Shown here one piece after another: positions 44,866-52,826 of a DNA stretch of 64,000 nt (its first letter is position 1; each line of letters begins with the position of its first letter). Below the pieces are notes generated by a model that was given only the letters and a program-made list of their open reading frames with translations, made no database searches and was not told where the DNA came from. The position numbers were made by a program, and so were the translations under genes. The DNA is from an uncultured Thermotogae bacterium (lineage in GTDB: Bacteria; Bipolaricaulota; Bipolaricaulia; RBG-16-55-9; JAJCYT01): assembly GCA_964572855.1 (NCBI GenBank), contig CAZNGF010000003.1:81-64080 (forward strand), read 5' to 3'.

Positions 44866-45801
44866 CTAGAACTTGAACGACACGAGCGGGAACGCGATTC
44901 CCTCCGACGTGAGCGAGACCTGTTCCTCGGACTCGGGCAGCTCGAGCTGCCAGCCCTGGGTGAGGTAGGCCCCCAGGCCCAGTCCCGCCAGCGTGCCGGC
45001 GATGCCGGAACCGAACATGGCTTGGTCGCTCACGCCTTCGCCGGCCACCAGGGCCGCGGTCCCGAAGCCCAGCAACGCCCCCACGATGCCGCTGGCGTTG
45101 ATCACGAACACGCGCCCGCGGCCCATGGGGTGGTCCTTGGCCCAGTACGCCCCGGCCAAGCCGCCCAGGTTGGTGGTGGCCAGCAGCGTCCCGAACGCCT
45201 CGCGGTCGCGCGGGTTCAAATCGAACGCCTCGAAGGCGAAGAGGGTCAGAATTCCGGACCAGACGCCCGCGCTGTTGACCAGCGAGACGTCGCCGGCCTG
45301 CGGCCGCAACGCGTCCCAGAGGTAGACCCCCGCCCCGAGCCCGCCGAGCTGGCCGGCCATCATGAGCCCCGTCGAGGCCCGGTCGTCGCGCCAATTCTCG
45401 AGCACGAAGTTGAGCGCCAGCGCGTTCCAGAAGCCCCAGCCCGTGGCCGAGTCGATCAAGAGCGCGTGGCCGGGCGTGATGCCGTCGCCCGTGGTTAACA
45501 GCGAGGTGGCCAAGCCCGCGCTTCCGCCGGCCAGCAGCGTCCCGACCCGCAGGCGGACCGAGTCGCCGCAGTCGAGCAACACACACGCCTCCAAGCCGAG
45601 CACGACGCCGTGCAGCGTCTGGAAGAAGGCCAGCTCGGCGCGGGCGAACAGGTCCGGCCCCTCGATCCCGAGGCGGTCGGTTTGCAGTGGTGCGTTTGTA
45701 TCGTCCTGCAGCGCCAACGAAGCCGCCCGCGCCTCGCGCGCGACTCCCGCGCCGCCGAGCAGCAGTGCAACGATCAGGAGCGTCAGCAATGTCTTCTTCA
45801 T
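44866..45801 (-). CDS. Gly-rich multi-TM membrane protein with signal peptide, function unknown
   Basis: MKKTLL signal with AGGAGG SD; repeated ITPGHALLIDS..GWG / PQAGDVSLVNS..VW / MGRGRVFVINA..IVG segments. Confidence 0.75.
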   Translation of the reverse strand: MKKTLLTLLIVALLLGGAGVAREARAASLALQDDTNAPLQTDRLGIEGPDLFARAELAFFQTLHGVVLGLEACVLLDCGDSVRLRVGTLLAGGSAGLATSLLTTGDGITPGHALLIDSATGWGFWNALALNFVLENWRDDRASTGLMMAGQLGGLGAGVYLWDALRPQAGDVSLVNSAGVWSGILTLFAFEAFDLNPRDREAFGTLLATTNLGGLAGAYWAKDHPMGRGRVFVINASGIVGALLGFGTAALVAGEGVSDQAMFGSGIAGTLAGLGLGAYLTQGWQLELPESEEQVSLTSEGIAFPLVSFKF

Positions 45802-45833
45802 GGTCGTCTTCCTCCTGTTTGAAGGGTGATTCG

Positions 45834-45890
45834 ATTGTAAGCACACGGGGTTACGTTCCGATTACGGCTGGGGTTACGTCGGCGTTGACG
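45834..45890 (-). promoter_or_regulatory. Tandem CGTAAcc direct repeats upstream of a TACAAT -10 box
   Basis: Minus strand CGTCAAC-N5-CGTAACC-N5-CGTAATC-N4-CGTAACC-N9-TACAAT. Confidence 0.6.
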
Positions 45891-46047
45891 ATTTCCATTC
45901 GCTACTCCAGCCCTCTTGCCGGATGCATGGTGCGGACCGCGGCGTGTCCAGTTCGAGCATCGAAACCCTCTCGTCACTCCAGGGCTTGAGTTCAGCCGCC
46001 TGAACGGCCACCGTACCCGATTTGGATGGTTAAACAGACACCTTGGC

Positions 46048-47238
46048 TCAGTTCTGCCATTCATTTCCCGGCATGATTCGTCGCATGAACTCGTCAAACA
46101 ATGGCACAGTGAAGGCCGTATCCCCGTGGCTCGGACTCCAGATCATCCCCTTTGAAATCAGCCCGTTTCGCAACGGGGCCACGGACTCAACCGCGCGATT
46201 GAGCTTGGCGGCAATGTCCCCTGAGCGATGGGGTCCAGGGCCAAGTTCAGCCATCGCACGCAGGTATTGTTTTTCTTTCGGGGTCAAGCGATCGAAACGC
46301 ACCCGGAAGAAACTCTCGTCCAAGGCGGCGATCGCCATGGCGGAGGCTGCATCCACGTCAGCGACGGTGATCGGAGAGGCGTCAGCGGTATCCCAGACGT
46401 GCTTGCCCCACTCCTGAAGGAAGTAGGGATAGCCTTGCGCCTGCTCGACGATCAGATCGAGCGCCGCCGCCTCGTATTCGACCCCTTCATCCTTCGCCGG
46501 CTTCGTCAAGGCACGCTTTGCCGCATCTTCCGGCAGCGCACCGATTTCGGGAAATGCAAACAACCGTTCCGCGTACGACTTGGCTTTCCCCATGCGCCCA
46601 ACAAGCTGGGGGAGACCTGCGCCAACGAGCGTCATGGGCAACGTGCGCTGCGCGGCGCGGTGCAGTGCGGTGATCAACGCGACCAGCTCATCCGATTTGA
46701 CATACTGCATCTCATCGACGAACAGCACAAACGCCGTCTCGGCTTCTTTTGCGGTGGCGCCAACGAGTTCAAACAGGCTCGCGAGGTCATACTCGAGATC
46801 GCCGTTGTCAGCCAAGCCGGGCTCGGGCGAGAAATCTAGACCGACTTCAATGTCTTGATACTTCACCTTGAGCGCATTGACAAAACCTGCCAACCCCCGC
46901 AGCGCACGATGAGCCAGCTCGCGCGCGCGTTGGATGCGCGACAGTCGCAGGAGCGAGATCCGCAGCTCGGGCGCCAGCATCGCCGGCAGAGACCTGTCCT
47001 CCGGCGCTTCAACGCGCATGGTCTGAAACCCGGCCGCCTCGCTGTCAGCACGCAGCCGGTCCAGGAGCACCGTCTTTCCGACGCCCCGCAAGCCGACCAT
47101 CAGCACGCTTTTCGCCGCTCGGTCGAGGCGAATTCGTTCGAGCGCAATCGATACTTGCTTGCGCAACGCATCGCGACCCGCAAGCTCAGGCGGGGGCGTG
47201 CCGGCTCCCGGCGCATAGGGATTTCGGATCGGGTCCAT
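46048..47238 (-). CDS. AAA-family ATP-binding protein with C-terminal wHTH
   Basis: NPYAPGAG.PP.LAGR, GLRGVGKT, FVDEMQ, GAGLP, SYAERLF, GYPYFLQ, LISKGMIW; lower GC than its neighbours. Confidence 0.88.
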   Translation of the reverse strand: MDPIRNPYAPGAGTPPPELAGRDALRKQVSIALERIRLDRAAKSVLMVGLRGVGKTVLLDRLRADSEAAGFQTMRVEAPEDRSLPAMLAPELRISLLRLSRIQRARELAHRALRGLAGFVNALKVKYQDIEVGLDFSPEPGLADNGDLEYDLASLFELVGATAKEAETAFVLFVDEMQYVKSDELVALITALHRAAQRTLPMTLVGAGLPQLVGRMGKAKSYAERLFAFPEIGALPEDAAKRALTKPAKDEGVEYEAAALDLIVEQAQGYPYFLQEWGKHVWDTADASPITVADVDAASAMAIAALDESFFRVRFDRLTPKEKQYLRAMAELGPGPHRSGDIAAKLNRAVESVAPLRNGLISKGMIWSPSHGDTAFTVPLFDEFMRRIMPGNEWQN

Positions 47239-47296
47239 GGTGCCATTATAGCAATCTTATCAATATTATCCAGAAAAGCTAAGATCGGTAAGATCT
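47239..47296 (-). promoter_or_regulatory. Leaderless-type promoter with TAAGAT repeats
   Basis: TGcTATAAT ends 6 nt before the ATG and there is no SD; ATCTTA at 47254, TAAGAT at 47280 and 47289. Confidence 0.55.
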
Positions 47297-47371
47297 CTAC
47301 AAATGCGCCGGCTCCCCTGCCAACCCACTGCGAATACCTTCATCGCCTCGTCACCGAGTCTGACGGGATGC

Positions 47372-48076
47372 TTACGCCGGCGGCGGGGCCGCGCCGTAGC
47401 GGGCCGTCTTGCGGCCCAGGCGCCAGGCCCAGCAGGAGTCGCCGTAGGACCAGTGCCAGAACTCGCCGGCGTAGTTGGTGAAACCGGCTTTGACCATGGC
47501 GTCGATCAGGAACGCGCGGTTGCGCCGGGCCGTTTCACCGATGTGAGGGGAGAAGGTGGGGGCGAACTTCTCGGGCTCGCCCTCGTAGTCGAACGCAAAG
47601 GGCGCGGTGAAATCCAGCGGCGCGCCGTCGGGGCCACCGATGACCAGATCGACCGCGCCGCCGGTGCTGTGGCCGGGCGGCGTCTTGGCGTGCGGGGGGT
47701 GTACCCAGCGGTTGGTCTGGCGTATGAGGATGTTTTTGGGCCAGTGCGGGTTGTCCTCCTGTAGGTCGTCCTTGACCTTCTCGTAAAGCTCGATCTGCTC
47801 GTCCAGCGAGCGGTAGACCGACATGAGCAAGAGCGTGTATCCTGCGGGCAAAGCCGCCTGCGCTTGCTTGAGCATTTCGGCGACCGTGAGGCGGGCGTGG
47901 TAGCGAAACGGGCCGGGCTCGACGGGGCCGGGCACCTCGCGGATGCCAATCCCCGGCACGACCGCCCGCACGTCCACCAGCGGCTCGCCGTTGTCGCGGA
48001 TCTTGACTTGGTCCACCTCGGTCAGCGGCTCGACCTTCGACGCGCGTTTTTGGCGTAGCTTTCCGTTCAAATCCAC
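47372..48076 (-). CDS. M15 family D-Ala-D-Ala dipeptidase (VanX/DdpX-like)
   Basis: DNGEPLV, SVYRS, HSTGGAVD, NY.GEFWHWSYGD; GTG 48076 with AGGAGG. Confidence 0.85.
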   Translation of the reverse strand: MDLNGKLRQKRASKVEPLTEVDQVKIRDNGEPLVDVRAVVPGIGIREVPGPVEPGPFRYHARLTVAEMLKQAQAALPAGYTLLLMSVYRSLDEQIELYEKVKDDLQEDNPHWPKNILIRQTNRWVHPPHAKTPPGHSTGGAVDLVIGGPDGAPLDFTAPFAFDYEGEPEKFAPTFSPHIGETARRNRAFLIDAMVKAGFTNYAGEFWHWSYGDSCWAWRLGRKTARYGAAPPPA

Positions 48077-48201
48077 AACAACCTCCTGTGCGTCATGCTC
48101 GCTGTCTGCAAAGAGGGGGCAACTATTTTGACCGATAGAAGGCCTTGTTGCACGTGGCAATCGGTTGGGTGAGGGAAGCGTTGAACGGTCGACAGCGTTG
48201 C

Positions 48202-50898
48202 TCAACGCACCTTCTCGATATGTCCCAGGTTGTCGATGTCCTTGCTGACGCGGTACTCGTGGTCGGCGCCCTCGACCAGGCTGGTCTCGTGGGAGACGAT
48301 CACGACCTGGCCTACGCGGCGGCCCAGGTCCTCGAACAGGCGTTCGAGCTGGTGGACGTGCTGGGTATCGAGATAGACCGTGGGCTCGTCGAAGAACAGG
48401 GGCAGCGCCACGCCGCCGGCCTCGCTTAGCACTTGGTGGATGGCGGCGCGCAGCGCGAGGTTGATCAGGGCGCGCTCGCCGCCGCTCATGATTGAGGGGC
48501 TTAGGACTTGACCGTCCTTGCGGATGACGCGGATGTCGAAGTCCTCGGAGAGCTCGACGCGCTCGTAGGCTGGGCCGAAGTACATCAGGCGGAAGAAGTG
48601 GTTGAACACGGCGTTGAGCGCCTGCAGGTTCTTCTGGCGCTGGTTGAGCTTGACCTCGGCGTAGAGCTGCTGCAGCCGCTCGATTTCGGCCTGGAGTGAT
48701 TTGAGCCGCTCGATGCGGGTGGTTTGTTCCTTTTTTTGCGCCTTGAGCTGCGCCAGACGCTGCTGTTCGCGCTTGAGGTCGCCGAGTTGCTGTTGCAAAT
48801 CGTCGCGCTCGGTTTGGAGTTCCTGCAAGTGGGTCTTCCAGCCTTCGTGTTGATTCTGGAGTTCGGCGATCTGGCCTTTGAGGCCGTCCAGCTCCAGCGA
48901 GCCCAGTTGCTCGTCCAGCTCGCGCAGGCGCTGCTCCAGCGCGTTGAGCTCCTGCCGGCGGGCGTCGGAGTTGTTCAGGAACTCCTGGTGCATCTGCTTG
49001 CGGCCGGAGACGCGCTCGGCGTAGGCGCCGATCTCGGCTTGCAGTGTTTTGACCTGGTCGACGAAGGCGCGCTGTTGGCTGAGCGCGTCCCGCTTGGCCT
49101 TGAGCGAGCTGCCGGCGGCGTGGGTGGCTTGTTCCTGCTCCTTGAATCCGGCCTCGCGCGCGTCCAGCGATTCGAGTTCGCCGTCGATCTCCTCGAGTTC
49201 GGTTCCAAGCGCCTCGGCGCCGCGGTTTCGCTCGCGGTAGTCGGCCAGCGTGCGGGCAGCAGCCTCGACGGCGCGCAGGCGGCCGGCGAGCCGGTCCAAT
49301 TCCTCTTGTTCTGAACGGATCGCGCGTTCCGTGCGTTTCAACTGTGTGCGCTTGGTCTCCAACCGCTGGCACAGGTGGTCCAGGTGGCCGGAGAGCGTTT
49401 CGGCGCTGACCGCTTGTTGGCACGTCGGGCAGCGCCCTTCCTCGACCAGCGCGTCGGCGCGCTTCCGCTCGGCCTCGGTCTGCTCCAGCTCGGCGGCGAG
49501 CGCGGCCTTGCGCTCGCGCAGGAGGGAAAGCGAGTCGCGCTTGTCGTCGCGGGCCTCGGCCAGCTCGGTCCGGTCGGCGTCGAGGTCGATCCGCTCCGGC
49601 GTCTCCCCGTCGCGCGGCCGGTCCAGGGGAGCGAGTTCCTTCTCCAGCCGTGCTTTGAGCGGCGCGAGCGCCTCGCGGGCTTCCCGCAGCTTGCGCGTCC
49701 GGTCGGCCTTGCGGCGTTCCAACTGCTCGCGGTTGGACGCCAGCGTCCTGAGCTCGGTGCGCCGCTCGGTGAGCTTGTCCCGTTCGGCCGTCAGCGCCTC
49801 GTCCAGCTGCTCGATGTGCGCCTCCAGCGCCTCCAGCAGCGCGCCCGGGTCGGCCTCGGTCAAACCCAGCTCGTTCCAAGCGGGCTCTGATTCCAGCGCG
49901 GCCAAGGCGCGCTTGCGTTCGGCGAGCTCGGCCTCCAGGCCGCGTACCTCCCCGCGCAGCGCGCGCTCCTGTTCGTCGCGCTCCCCCAGCTCGCGCTCCA
50001 GTTCCGACACGCGGGCGCGCCCTTTTTCGAGTTCTTGTGCGCTCTGGTCGAACTGCGCCCGCTGAGCCTGCAGCTCGCGGATGCGGTCTTCGTAGGCGGC
50101 GCGCTGTGCCTCGGCCTTGGCCTGCTTGCCTTCGAGCTCGGCCAGCGCGCGCTTGAGTCCGGCCCCGCGCTGGCCCAGGGATTCGCCGTCGAGCCCCTCC
50201 AGCTCGCGCTCGATCGTCTCCAGGCCGCCCTCGACGCGGCCCGTGCGGCGGTTGAGCGCGCGCAGGACGCCCTCGCGGGCGCGGCGGGCGTAGTCGTCCA
50301 GCGTGTCCAGCCGCAGCAGCCGGTCGATCGTGCTCTGGCGCTCCTCCTTGCGGGCCTTGATGAGCCGGTCCACCTCGCCCTGGCGCACGTAGAGGCAGTT
50401 GGCGAAGTCCTCGCTGTCCATGTGGATCAGGCCCTGGAGCTGCTCGGTGAGGTCGCGCACGCCGGTCCACTGCGCGTCGTCGTCGCGCTTGAGCCAGCAG
50501 TGCTGGCCGTCGGCGCTCACCTTCTCGCCGCTGCGCCGCAGCGCCATGTGGGCGCGGTAGCGGTGTGGCCCGAAGGTGAAGTCGAGTTCCACCGAGCCGG
50601 CCCGCTCGCCCTCGCGCAGCACCTCGCCCAGCTCGCGCCCGGTGACCGAGCGCGCCCCGCTGCCAAAGAGCGCGAAGAAGACCGCTTCCAGCAGCGACGA
50701 CTTGCCCGAGCCGTTTGAGCCGGCGAACACCGAGACGCCGCGCTCGAATTCGACCGTTTGGCGCTCGTAACAGAAGATGTTCTCCAGCGCGACGCCGTGG
50801 ATGAAAAAGCGCGCGCCGGCCTCCCCGCCGTTGGGCTGCGGCGTTCCCGGCGCTACGGCAGGGTCGTGCAATTCGGAAAACAGGTCGCGCCCGCTCAC
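48202..50898 (-). CDS. rad50: Rad50/SbcC SMC-type ATPase with zinc hook
   Basis: GSNGSGKSS, YVRQGE, long coiled coil with CPTC hook, MSGGE, FFDEPT, IVSH; GTG start overlaps the mre11 stop. Confidence 0.92.
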   Translation of the reverse strand: MSGRDLFSELHDPAVAPGTPQPNGGEAGARFFIHGVALENIFCYERQTVEFERGVSVFAGSNGSGKSSLLEAVFFALFGSGARSVTGRELGEVLREGERAGSVELDFTFGPHRYRAHMALRRSGEKVSADGQHCWLKRDDDAQWTGVRDLTEQLQGLIHMDSEDFANCLYVRQGEVDRLIKARKEERQSTIDRLLRLDTLDDYARRAREGVLRALNRRTGRVEGGLETIERELEGLDGESLGQRGAGLKRALAELEGKQAKAEAQRAAYEDRIRELQAQRAQFDQSAQELEKGRARVSELERELGERDEQERALRGEVRGLEAELAERKRALAALESEPAWNELGLTEADPGALLEALEAHIEQLDEALTAERDKLTERRTELRTLASNREQLERRKADRTRKLREAREALAPLKARLEKELAPLDRPRDGETPERIDLDADRTELAEARDDKRDSLSLLRERKAALAAELEQTEAERKRADALVEEGRCPTCQQAVSAETLSGHLDHLCQRLETKRTQLKRTERAIRSEQEELDRLAGRLRAVEAAARTLADYRERNRGAEALGTELEEIDGELESLDAREAGFKEQEQATHAAGSSLKAKRDALSQQRAFVDQVKTLQAEIGAYAERVSGRKQMHQEFLNNSDARRQELNALEQRLRELDEQLGSLELDGLKGQIAELQNQHEGWKTHLQELQTERDDLQQQLGDLKREQQRLAQLKAQKKEQTTRIERLKSLQAEIERLQQLYAEVKLNQRQKNLQALNAVFNHFFRLMYFGPAYERVELSEDFDIRVIRKDGQVLSPSIMSGGERALINLALRAAIHQVLSEAGGVALPLFFDEPTVYLDTQHVHQLERLFEDLGRRVGQVVIVSHETSLVEGADHEYRVSKDIDNLGHIEKVR

Positions 50899-51953
50899 AG
50901 GCCGCTCCCCTCCAGCAGCTCGCTCACGCGTTCGTCCACGCGCGAATCGGGCACGCTTCTCTCGCGCACGACCTCGTCGATTCGGCGGGCCAGCTCGGAG
51001 AGGTTCTGGCCCTCGACCGCGGCCGAGACCACGGACTGGAGCTGTTCGGTGCTGGTGAGCTGTTCCAACTGGGCCAGCGGCGCGTCGTCGTCCTCCTCGC
51101 GGTCGGCGCGGCGCACGATGACGTAGAGCGCGCCGCGGCGCTGGCCCTCGGCCTCCAGCTTGCGCGGGGTCTGCTCCGGGCCCGTGCGCAGCACGACCAC
51201 GGCGCCTTGCAGTTGGCGCGCGTGGGCGTCGAGCTCGCGCAGGGGATCGTCGGCCGCCTCCAGGTAGAGGAAGCGGCGCGTGTCCAGCTCGAGCCGCTGG
51301 AGCGCGCCCGTGTCGGGAGCGAGCAGCGTGCAGCCGCGGCGGTTTCGCTCGCCGGCGCTCCAGCGCTCGCTCGAGCCCGAGTAGGTCACCAGCGTCCCGC
51401 CCGCGCGCCAGACCGCGTGCTCGTGGTTGTCGCCCAGCAGGACGACGTCCGCGCCGCAGGCGGCCAGGTCCGCCAGCTTGAGCTCGCCCTGGATGTGGGC
51501 CACTTGGTCGAGCATCTGGTGCATGACCAGCACGCCGCCCCGCACCGCGGGCGGCTTGACCTCGTCGGCGCGGCGGCCGCAGAAGTCGCGGCCCCAGAAC
51601 GGGAGGCCCTCGATCTCGTAAGGGTTGTCGTCGCGCAAGTGGACCGCCAGGCCCAGGTGCTCGAACAGGTCGAGCCACTGCAGGCCGCGCTTGCCTTCGT
51701 GGTTGCCCACCACGCCCAAGAACGGGATGCCGGCGTCGCGCAGCCGGCCCAGCTCGCGCACGACGTCGGTGAGGTCTTCCATCAGGGGGGAGCGGTCGTT
51801 GAACAGGTCGCCCGCGTGCACGACCGCCTCGACCCCGTGTTCGAGCGCGAGGTCGATTAGCTGGCGGAAGGCGGCGGCGAAATCCCGGCGCCGGGCTTCC
51901 AGACCGTACTGGCGCGTGCCCAGATGGGTGTCGGCGACGTGCAGAATCCGCAT
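50895..51953 (-). CDS. mre11: Mre11/SbcD nuclease
   Basis: ADTHLG.RQY, HAGDLF, VGNHE, MHQ, LGDNH, YSGSSER. Confidence 0.92.
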   Translation of the reverse strand: MRILHVADTHLGTRQYGLEARRRDFAAAFRQLIDLALEHGVEAVVHAGDLFNDRSPLMEDLTDVVRELGRLRDAGIPFLGVVGNHEGKRGLQWLDLFEHLGLAVHLRDDNPYEIEGLPFWGRDFCGRRADEVKPPAVRGGVLVMHQMLDQVAHIQGELKLADLAACGADVVLLGDNHEHAVWRAGGTLVTYSGSSERWSAGERNRRGCTLLAPDTGALQRLELDTRRFLYLEAADDPLRELDAHARQLQGAVVVLRTGPEQTPRKLEAEGQRRGALYVIVRRADREEDDDAPLAQLEQLTSTEQLQSVVSAAVEGQNLSELARRIDEVVRERSVPDSRVDERVSELLEGSGL

Positions 51954-52055
51954 GAAACCCGCTCCCGTTCCTCGTTGGGAGTATACGAAAGCGCGCTCAG
52001 GGCGGCAAGAAGGGGAGCCGCGCCCGCCTGCGTCGGCGGGCGCGGCGAGGCAGTC

Positions 52056-52466
52056 TCACTTTGCGGGATATTGGTTGCCGAAGCGGAACACGGGACACGG
52101 GTCGGTCTGTGTCCGTGTCAGCTCGTAGTAGAAGTCGCGCTCGGCGCCCTCGGCGGGCGGCTCGGGCTTGTCGATCTCGGCCAGCGGGGCGAACTTGCCC
52201 CGGGCGTCGCCGGGTTCGAGCCCGTTCATGCCCGGGTAGGCGCAGTACCAGCGCACCTCCAGCACGCCCGTGGCGTGGCGGGTCGCAAAGCCGAATTGCG
52301 GGTCGACCCAGCGCATGGTCTCGGGCAGCCGTTCGTTTGCGTCCAGCACGAGGCTGCTCGGGATGAAGGGGCTGACCGGGTTCAGGATATCGGTGAAGGC
52401 CACGGTCCCCAGCCCCAAAGCCAAGCCCAGGCCCAACGTCAACGCGTGTTTCAAGGTGTACCTCAC
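52056..52466 (-). CDS. Secreted hypothetical protein
   Basis: GTG start; hydrophobic LTLGLGLALGLGTVAF signal; two Cys. Confidence 0.55.
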   Translation of the reverse strand: MRYTLKHALTLGLGLALGLGTVAFTDILNPVSPFIPSSLVLDANERLPETMRWVDPQFGFATRHATGVLEVRWYCAYPGMNGLEPGDARGKFAPLAEIDKPEPPAEGAERDFYYELTRTQTDPCPVFRFGNQYPAK

Positions 52467-52707
52467 GTCATCACCCCCGTGTTCCAGAAGCTCTCCCCAG
52501 CGTAGCCGGCGCAGCGCGGGGAAGCAGTGATTCCAGTTACGTGCGGGCGGGCTTTTTCGGTGTTTTGGGCTACGTCTCAACGCGAGCGCCGCTTCCCCGG
52601 CGCGGCGGAAGCAGCGCCCCCGGCGGGGGAACGCACGTCCTTGGCCGCCGCGCCCGCGCCCCTAAAGATGGTTGGAGCGGGGCCGTGTCCCCGCCGTGAA
52701 ATTGGAG

Positions 52708-52807
52708 TTGACGCAAACGTGCTTTTGCGGTTACGATGCACCTTTGTGGGGGGAAAACTGTGTGGTCCGAATCACAGTTGCCTCTGAGGAGGACTGCTAT
52801 ACTGATG
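52708..52807 (+). promoter_or_regulatory. Promoter region of the PKD/VWA operon
   Basis: TTGACG-N18-TACGAT (52708-52737); hairpin AACTGTG...CACAGTT; TGCTATACT at 52795. Confidence 0.5.
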
Positions 52808-52826
52808 CGCGAGAAGGAGGCAGATC

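Noticed and set aside
47372-48076. VanX-like gene as vancomycin resistance
   Set aside because: No vanH, vanA, vanR or vanS nearby; stand-alone DdpX-type dipeptidases are common.
47372-50470. Apparent 1032-aa fusion ending in an M15 peptidase
   Set aside because: The N-terminal part is an alternate frame of rad50; the real gene starts at GTG 48076 with its own SD.
48202-51953. SMC ATPase plus nuclease as a Wadjet/Lamassu-like defence system
   Set aside because: The central CPTC zinc hook and Mre11 phosphoesterase motifs identify a Rad50/Mre11 repair pair; no kleisin, Toprim or effector genes are present.
52580-52640. GGAAGCAGC in a GC-rich stem suggesting SRP RNA
   Set aside because: It lacks the CAGG...GNRA...AGCAG helix-8 arrangement.
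52700-52785. GACGCAAA...AAAACTGTG-GGTCCGAA-CACAGTTGCC resembling a c-di-GMP-I riboswitch
   Set aside because: The GCAAAC-stem-GAAA-stem-GACGCAAA order is not present; a promoter plus a simple hairpin explains it. An Infernal search would settle it.
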